Origin: Octopus vulgaris
Lineage: Eukaryota
Assembly (NCBI GenBank): GCA_951406725.2
Contig: OX597819.1
Coordinates: forward strand, 93,124,001 to 93,188,000
Reading direction: 5' to 3'
Length of the DNA: 64,000 nt
Shown here: positions 56,542 through 64,000 of the stretch, piece after piece
How the letters are laid out: every line of letters begins with the position of its first letter
Position numbering within the stretch: the first letter of the stretch is position 1
Translations under genes and position numbers: made by a program
The notes under the pieces: generated by a model
What the model was told of the DNA's origin: nothing
Databases searched by the model: none
What the model saw: the letters and a program-made list of their open reading frames with translations, nothing else

Positions 56542-56765
56542 CTTTATTTAAAAACAGCAGAAATATAACAAAAGCTGTTACTCAGAGTTTCACGTTCCCG
56601 ATCGTCGGACAGTTTTTCATAAAAACTATCCGACGAACGGGAACGTGAAACTCTGAGTAACAGCTTTTGTTATATTTCTGCTGCTTTTAAATAAAGCATA
56701 TTACTCTACCTCTGGTATCTGAGTACTCTTTTTTCCACCTTGTTTCATATTTATGTGCTTACTCC

Positions 56766-56770
<5 letters not shown>
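56542..56770. repeat. Palindromic Penelope-like terminal element (155-bp hairpin + tail); second copy 1402-1592 with the centre deleted
   Basis: Inverted arms 56542-56617 / 56621-56696. Same sequence and same AATAAA-containing tail at 1402-1592. Both copies are embedded in (TA)n. Confidence 0.85.
56626..56663 (+). ncRNA. Hammerhead-like motif with CCGACGA core; mirror copy on - strand 56575-56612
   Basis: ct(a/g)t-CCGACGA-acg/ggaa/cgt-GAAA-ctc-t-gag-UA-acag. Confidence 0.55.
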
Positions 56771-56833
<63 letters not shown>

Positions 56834-56939
56834 TTTGTATAATTTTAATCCAAACGGGAAAACAAAAAAACAACAACAGTGGAACAATTACAGTATTATT
56901 ATTAATAGGCGCTCAGGAAATATGGAAGCAGGAAGGTAT

Positions 56940-56966
56940 GACGTTTCGAGCGGAGCTCTTCGTCGG
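56940..56966 (-). ncRNA. Minimal hammerhead-like motif with CCGACGA core
   Basis: CCGACGA-a-gagc/tcc/gctc-GAAA-cg-UC. Stem I is poorly paired. Confidence 0.45.
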
Positions 56967-57719
56967 AAAGATAAAGAAGGAAGAGAGAGGAAAGAAAGAT
57001 CCCAAAGTGGGCAACAGGAGATGGAGAAAAAACCGACTGGTGTTTACGAAGTACACATGGTGAAAGGCGGAAGTTTACGATAACAAGAGCAAAGTAGGTT
57101 TTTAAAGCCAAAAGAGTGGAGACAGGGTTGGTAACGCAACAGATGTGTGTGTATGTGTGAGTGTGTGCGTGTGCGTGTGTGTATGTGTGTGTGAGGCGAG
57201 ATAAAAAAACAAAAAATATATGTATGTGTTAGTGTGTGCGTCTGTGTGTAGGCGTGTGAGGTAGGGCGAACAGTAGTAGGCAACAGACAAGTGGTCAGTA
57301 GTAAGAAAATGAAGGAAGGAGGAAGGGAGGGAGGGGAAGGGGTGGGGGCGTATGTAACGTGCCAGTGTGTGTTGAGTAGTAGTGTGTGTGTGTGTCCAGT
57401 GTCGTGGTAGTATTAATGGCGAGTAGATTTGAATGTGTGTAAGAGTAATGTATATATTTAAGCAATGTGTGTGTGAGTGGGTGTATGTATGTGTGCGCGT
57501 GTGTGTAACAAAAACGGGGGGGGTTAAGGAAAAAGGACTCCAGCTGAGGGGAAGATGGAAGAGTGGTCCCGCGGAGACGGGCGTGGGAGAACCCAACGAC
57601 AGGCGACGGTCCCAGGAACGAGCGGGAGGTCTCGTCGGGTCCAAGAGCGAGGTGCATGCAGCGCGTATGCGTGCGCGAACCGGCGCAAGCGCGTGTGTGC
57701 GCGCGCCTGCGAGTGTGCG

Positions 57720-58758
57720 CGTAAGTATGTATGTGTGTGGATGTGTGAGTGTGTCTGTGTGTATGTCTGGGTGTCAGTGTGTCCGATGAATGTATGTGAG
57801 TATGTGTGTATATATGTGTGTGCATAGATGTATGTCCGTGTGTGTGTGTGTGTGTGTGTATGTATGAGTGTGTATGTATGTACGTGTATGTATGTACGTG
57901 TATGTGTGAGTGTGTATGTATGTGTGTGTAGGATGCATGTATGTGTATGGGTGTATGTATGTGTGTGTGTATGTATGTATGTGTACGTGCGTGTGTGTGT
58001 GTGTATGCGTGTAGGTGTGCGCGTGTGCATGCATGCATGTGCGTATGTGTGTGTGTGTGTGCATGTGTGTGGGTATATATGTATGTGCGTATATGTGTGT
58101 GTATGTGCGTACATGTGTGTGTGTATGCATGTGTGTGTAGGCGTGTGTGTATAGGTGTATGTATGTAAGTATGTATGGGTGTGTCCGTGTATGTGTGTGT
58201 ATGTAGGTGTGTGGGCGTGTGTATATAGGTGTATGTATGTATGTCTGGGTGTGTCCGTGCATGTTTGTGTGTGTGTGTGTGTATGCACGTGTATGTAGGT
58301 GTGTGTGTACGTGTGTAATGTATGTGTGTATGCGTGTGTGTGCGTGTGTATGCGTGCGTGTGTGTATGTAGGTGCGTATGTATGTGTGTGGGAGTATAGG
58401 TGTGTGTGTGCGTGTTTGTGTTTATGTTGGTGTGTGCGTATGTGAGTGTGAGTGTATGGGTGTTTGTCATGCATGTGTGTGCGCGTGCAGGCGAGTGTGT
58501 GTGTAAGTATGTGTGTGTATGTTTGTGTGAGTGTGTATGTCTGTGTGTATGTATGTGCGTATAGGAGTATGTAGGTATGTGTGTGTGTATGTGTATGGGT
58601 GTATGTATGTATGTGTGCATGTGTATAAGTATATGTGTGTGTGCGTATGTGTGTGTATGTGTATGTGTGTGTGTTTATGTATGTGTGTATGTATGTGTGT
58701 AGGCGTGTGTGTGTAGATGTATGTATGTATGGGTGTGTGTCTGTGTGTGTTTGTGATG

Positions 58759-58792
<34 letters not shown>

Positions 58793-58796
58793 TACA

Positions 58797-58842
<46 letters not shown>
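57720..58842. repeat. ~1.1-kb degenerate (TG/TATG)n low-complexity array ending in (TA)n
   Basis: Direct inspection; source of the 441/447-aa His/Thr-rich spurious ORFs. Confidence 0.97.
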
Positions 58843-58846
<4 letters not shown>

Positions 58847-58871
58847 GCAAGAGTTATTCGTAATCAAAGAT

Positions 58872-58982
58872 GAAAGGTAAAATGCCAGTATTATTCTTCT
58901 TCGGGGTAGGTTCGAGGTGAAGAGATCAGGGTTTTAAGGTTTTGCTAAAGTGGGGGAGGAACGTGTTTATGGCTATTAAAGA
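58872..58982. repeat. Interspersed repeat shared with 63890-64000
   Basis: aaaggtaaaatgccagtat..gggtaggttcgaggtga..gctaaagtgggggaggaacg..tatggctattaaaga occurs in both places. Confidence 0.85.
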
Positions 58983-59321
58983 GTAATAAACAAATAAATT
59001 AATTCTAGGTCCAGCGTGGTCAGGAAGAATATCTAACTTTAGCTCAATGGTCGGTAAACCGAGGTACTACTGTGTATATATACATGTATATATATAGTCT
59101 CTATTTATATTTATATGTACTTATATTTATATTCTCTTATACATATTCTACTTATTGTATAACATTACTCTTTTATGTACACTCCTTTATGTACACTGTT
59201 TTGTTCTACATTGTTATGTTTAACCTTATAGTTTCTTATGTGGTGGTTTAATAAAGTATGTGATTGAGTATTATCTGGTAATTGATATTTGATTTCGATG
59301 TATTTCTCCATTTTCTTATTT

Positions 59322-59382
<61 letters not shown>

Positions 59383-59707
59383 TATTATCCTCTCATTTGT
59401 TTCAGTCATGCAGCTACGGTCATGCTGGAGCACCACCGTGAGTTATTAATTTATATATGTTAAGAAAAAGGAGGCAGTTAGAGTTTTTGATAATTGCTTA
59501 TTAGCACTGTCATCTGTTCATGGGTTACTCTTCAGGTGAAAGTCTCCATTAACGGACGAAAGCGCCAATAAACAATTATCAAAAGTTCTAACTGCCTCCT
59601 ATTTCTTAATATACAATATACACCACTTCAAACACTCTATATATACATGCGTACAGACATACATACGTACATACATACATACATACATACATACATACAT
59701 ACATACA

Positions 59708-59740
<33 letters not shown>

Positions 59741-60103
59741 GGTGGCTGCCCCCTCGTTATCGAGTGTGGCCATTGCACAAAGCTTAATCTTGTTGTTATC
59801 ATGCAATGCCTGTGCAAGAAGATTTTTTCTAAAGTGAGGAAAGGCTGTGCACTGAGTCAGTCCCACTCACTAAGCAACAGCAGCCATAATCCGAAAAGAA
59901 GAACAAGTCAACATCATCGGTAACCACTGAGCTGCAGGTTTTATGTCGGAGTTATCCCAATTAACTGAGTTACCTTCACCTAGAAGGATGCCTTAACAAA
60001 GGCTAGGAGTCCTTCACTCCCAATGGTTTAACCGCGCGATCGGGTATTCAGTCCAAACATACATACATACATACATACATACATACATACATACATACAT
60101 ACA

Positions 60104-60136
<33 letters not shown>

Positions 60137-60787
60137 GCGTGTGTGTGTGTGTGTGTGACCGGTGTTCGGCGAATCCTGACATTTCTTTCTTGGTTCGGCT
60201 ACCATCTTTGCAGCATATATATTCCTCCCCATGCCCGTCATCTTCTATGTCTCTGCCGTAAGGTTTCACTTCCACACACGACAGCTTAATTTTATGTCCT
60301 TTTATTTGCATTTGTATTGTCCGTCCTTGTCTTCGTATACATTCGCTGCTTTCTTCCAAGAAATCTAGTGCTGTTAGCTTAGTTTATTCTTGGGGTTGGC
60401 AAGATTGGAGCAATCTTGAGTATAACCAGGCGAAATTGCAAAGATAAGCTGGAACTCGACTGAAGAAAGAAAACTCCGAATGACCCGTCCTTGTTTTTTC
60501 TTGTTCCTTTTTTGTATCATCTAACTGTCTGGATGTTTTGTGCTCTTGTCCCATTTTTTTATATTCTTATATATATATATATATATATAACTACAAAATT
60601 AGAGAATGGAGAAACATACTTAAATCAGTAAAACATCAACTATCCGATGATACTCAATCCATACTTTAATACACCATTACATATGAGTAAAGGCAATATA
60701 TAAAATGAAATGAGATATACAGTAATAGTAAAGAGATAAAGAGATATAAGTAAAAAATTTCAAATATAATATACAAATAAATCAAAA

Positions 60788-60895
60788 CTGACAGCTGTTT
60801 CGGCAGTGAGGACAGTCATACCTCATTTAACCTATAAGCCATAAAGGCAGGTATAAATGAGGCATTAACAAGGATGCCCCACGGCCTCTTCAGAG
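60788..60895 (-). ncRNA. Type I hammerhead ribozyme motif with a long stem II (Penelope-like terminus)
   Basis: ct-CUGAAGA-g-[~85-nt hairpin ggccgtggggca...tgtcctcactgcc]-GAAA-CAGCUG-UC-ag. Canonical core and a palindromic stem III. Confidence 0.7.
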
Positions 60896-61242
60896 AATTA
60901 AATTAAATTTGTTATAATAGTGAAAAATATTATATAATCATATACATATAAATATAAAAATATAAAAATGTAAAATATAAAAACTTATACATCATAATGC
61001 TACACTTATATAATATAATACACATTTGTACAAAAAGGAAGGTAAACAGAACAAAATAAAACAAAATATATAACAGTGTATATATTAATATTAATAAGTA
61101 CCGATATTATACATATTTGGCTAATAGTTTTTTTTATAAAAAAAAAAAAAAAAGGCTAACACATATGGAGATGAAAAATAATAATTAAATCCGTGGTACA
61201 GTTCATAAAATTCTAAAGCTATAAAAGTTAATAAAAATTACT

Positions 61243-61243
<1 letters not shown>

Positions 61244-61306
<63 letters not shown>
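61244..61306. repeat. (TAA)n microsatellite
   Basis: Direct inspection. Confidence 0.97.
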
Positions 61307-61312
<6 letters not shown>

Positions 61313-63227
61313 TAATAAAAATAGATACAGTTAAGTTAGCACCAAGTCCATCCTTTCAAGATCGAAATAACTATGAGTTAAGAAATGCTGACCACTAGGT
61401 AAAGAAAATTTAGATTAATTCGATTGGCTATTGGTTTGAAATTTAAATCACAAAAGAAAATTATACGGTTGGTTAGTCAGGGAACGCCAATATTCACACA
61501 CGCATCTACAGATCAATCGCACATACACACATAGTTATATGTATATACATACACTTATACACATACATAATCACAAGCAACAACTAGCACTTAGATAAAC
61601 AAAAAGGGAAGCAACTATGCTAACATTTAGTCCTTCAAAATTATAACTGAGCCTCAATAACAAAAAAAGAACCATCCATGCATTCTATAAAATATTTAAT
61701 TTAGATATAAATATATTTTTAAATATCAGTATGTTACTAATTCAGATAATTATTTCATGGGTAACTTAAAATTTATAACACCGGTTTGTTGCAGAGTAAA
61801 CATACGGTTGTTAGGTTTATCGTAAGTTTGTTATGATTTTAAGTACGCTAAATTATAAAATATAAAATATAAAATATATATTAATTTAAATATTATAAAT
61901 AAGTCACTTATTAACTTAATAAATATAGTGCCATAAATATACCAGTTTAGGCATTAAAGAATAGAAGGGGAAGTATTAATGTAAACGCTTATGAGAACAT
62001 CACAGAAATTTTAAATAAATTTTATATTATAAAGACTTAAGATGAAAAGAGATAAAATAAATAAGAAGGAATAAATACGAAGGAATAAATACGGTTATAC
62101 ACATAATTATAAGTACAAACTAGTATATATGTATTCATATATTATTAAAATTAAATAAAAATAAATGATAGATATGTATGTATAAAACTACACCAGTATA
62201 AGTAAATAAGTAAAAAATAAATAGGTAACAAATTAGATGACTTGATATGTATGTAAACATCTACACTTAAATAGGCAAATAAATAAATAAATAGAAGACT
62301 AGATGCAAAGATTGATAATATTACAATAAAATGGAAAATAAATAAAAATAAATAAAGTGAATATATATGTTTGTATATGTTATATTGTTGAAAGTAAATA
62401 TGTATGGAAGGATAGTTTAAAGTACAGATCCAGAGGACTATAGATATAAACTAAATATATGAGGCTGGTAATAATTATAAAGCAAAATGCATGTAAATGA
62501 GAAAATGAAAAAAATGAAAAAGGTTTATCAGTGAATAGCATAAGATACAAATTAAGGTGAGTACAAAAAGACCAAATATATAATAAAAACCTTCCAAATA
62601 AACACATACAAAAAAAAAAAAAAAAACCTATAATCTCAACCTAAACCCACCAAACTCACAAAAGGCTCTCATATATTACATATTATACAATATCATTACA
62701 TTATCCAGAGCTAGGTATCTAACCAAGATATACATATATACTATGCAAAATATACTATGCAATATTGGAAAACTTCAAAATCACACATTACAAGGCAAAT
62801 ACCAAAATGAATATGTTAGTTTATGTCATATTGCATTTCTCTTAAAAAACAAACAAAAACCCACATACAAAAACCAAGAAACCAATAATACTAGACACAT
62901 CCATTAATTATTATACAAATGTAGCTATAAAAATTATAAAATTATGAAATTTATAAATTGTATACTTTAGAATTATAGAAGACCACAGGTATATTTAGTT
63001 AAAGAAGGGAATTAAAAAATTAATAATAGTGGAAGTGCTAAGTTCTATTTGAATCTAGAAAAGGTGAACGGTAGCCTATGAATACAAAAGAAGTTTTTTT
63101 CATTAATGTTGTTAATAATTTGCCGACCCGCTTTAATTTTAATATGTATTAATTTTGTTGGGTACCTATCTAGCAGTATATTGGATATATATTATCCCAT
63201 GGTGGGTTGAATTTTCAACCCCTATCT

Positions 63228-63279
<52 letters not shown>

Positions 63280-64000
63280 TGAAAGAAAGGAAAACCAAGC
63301 CACGACAGGACGAGTATCTCAGGTCATTTAGAATATCTAATTAGAGTAAGGTGAACTAAGAATGGAGAAGTGATTAATAGCTTATTCCTGTTCCTATGAT
63401 ATCGCAAGATCAGCATCGCCATACACCGGGTATTCCGTAATCACAGATTAGATGTGTATGCAGGAAAGTTCCAGACAGAGAATTCACTGTATATAGAAGA
63501 ATAAAACAGTAGATAGAAGAATAAAGTTTACAGTTCATCTTCTTATAGTGGGTATGGAGGTTAGTCCGTACTTCCGTGAAGGTATAGTCCTTTAAGTATA
63601 ATCCCGGGTAAATACAGGCAGCATTTTGAATGAATCATTCAAATTGAAGGAATAGACCAAGTAAACGTGTAAGAAAAATGGTCCGTATGGATATATAATG
63701 TGAGAGAGACAGACATCATGATAGACAGATAGATAAGAGAGAATTTGGGGTTGTGAGTGAGTGAAGAGAGAAAAGAAAGAGCGAATAGTAGAAATGAAGA
63801 TAAAGATAAAAAAAGTAAAGAGGGTAAAGAGGATAAGTGATGGAAAAAAAAGAAAGAGAGCGAAAGTAAAATAAAGATAAAACTAAAGATAAAAGGTAAA
63901 ATGCCAGTATCATTCTTCGTCAGGGTAGGTTCGAGGTGAGAGATCAGGGTTTTAAGATTTTGCTAAAGTGGGGGAGGAACGCGTTTATGGCTATTAAAGA

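Noticed and set aside
57295-58867. 441- and 447-aa His/Thr/Tyr-rich ORFs (longest in the window)
   Set aside because: Degenerate (CA/TACA)n array that rarely generates stop codons.

Overview
AT-rich, microsatellite-saturated animal DNA. The SINE families resemble those I recall from octopus/coleoid genomes, but that is an inference and was not checked. I see no intact protein-coding gene: nearly all ORF-track entries are translations of (TA)n/(TG)n/(TATG)n/(GAT)n repeats. Recognisable content: (1) Transposon relics: a full-length but broken mariner (DD34D) nested in a SINE that is nested in an older SINE; RTE, L1/Tx1, CR1-group and R4/Dong-like LINE fragments; Tc1 and mariner fragments; Helitron-like non-autonomous elements; at least three tRNA-derived SINE families. 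(2) Minimal type-I hammerhead ribozyme motifs of the kind carried by Penelope-like element termini, several with non-canonical cores and some inside near-perfect palindromes. (3) A set of + strand, exon-like, stop-interrupted reading frames that share a divergent fibronectin-III-like module, plus candidate signal-peptide exons and a near-identical duplicated 93-nt exon. Together these suggest a decayed, tandemly duplicated cell-surface or secreted protein gene cluster hidden between the repeats.
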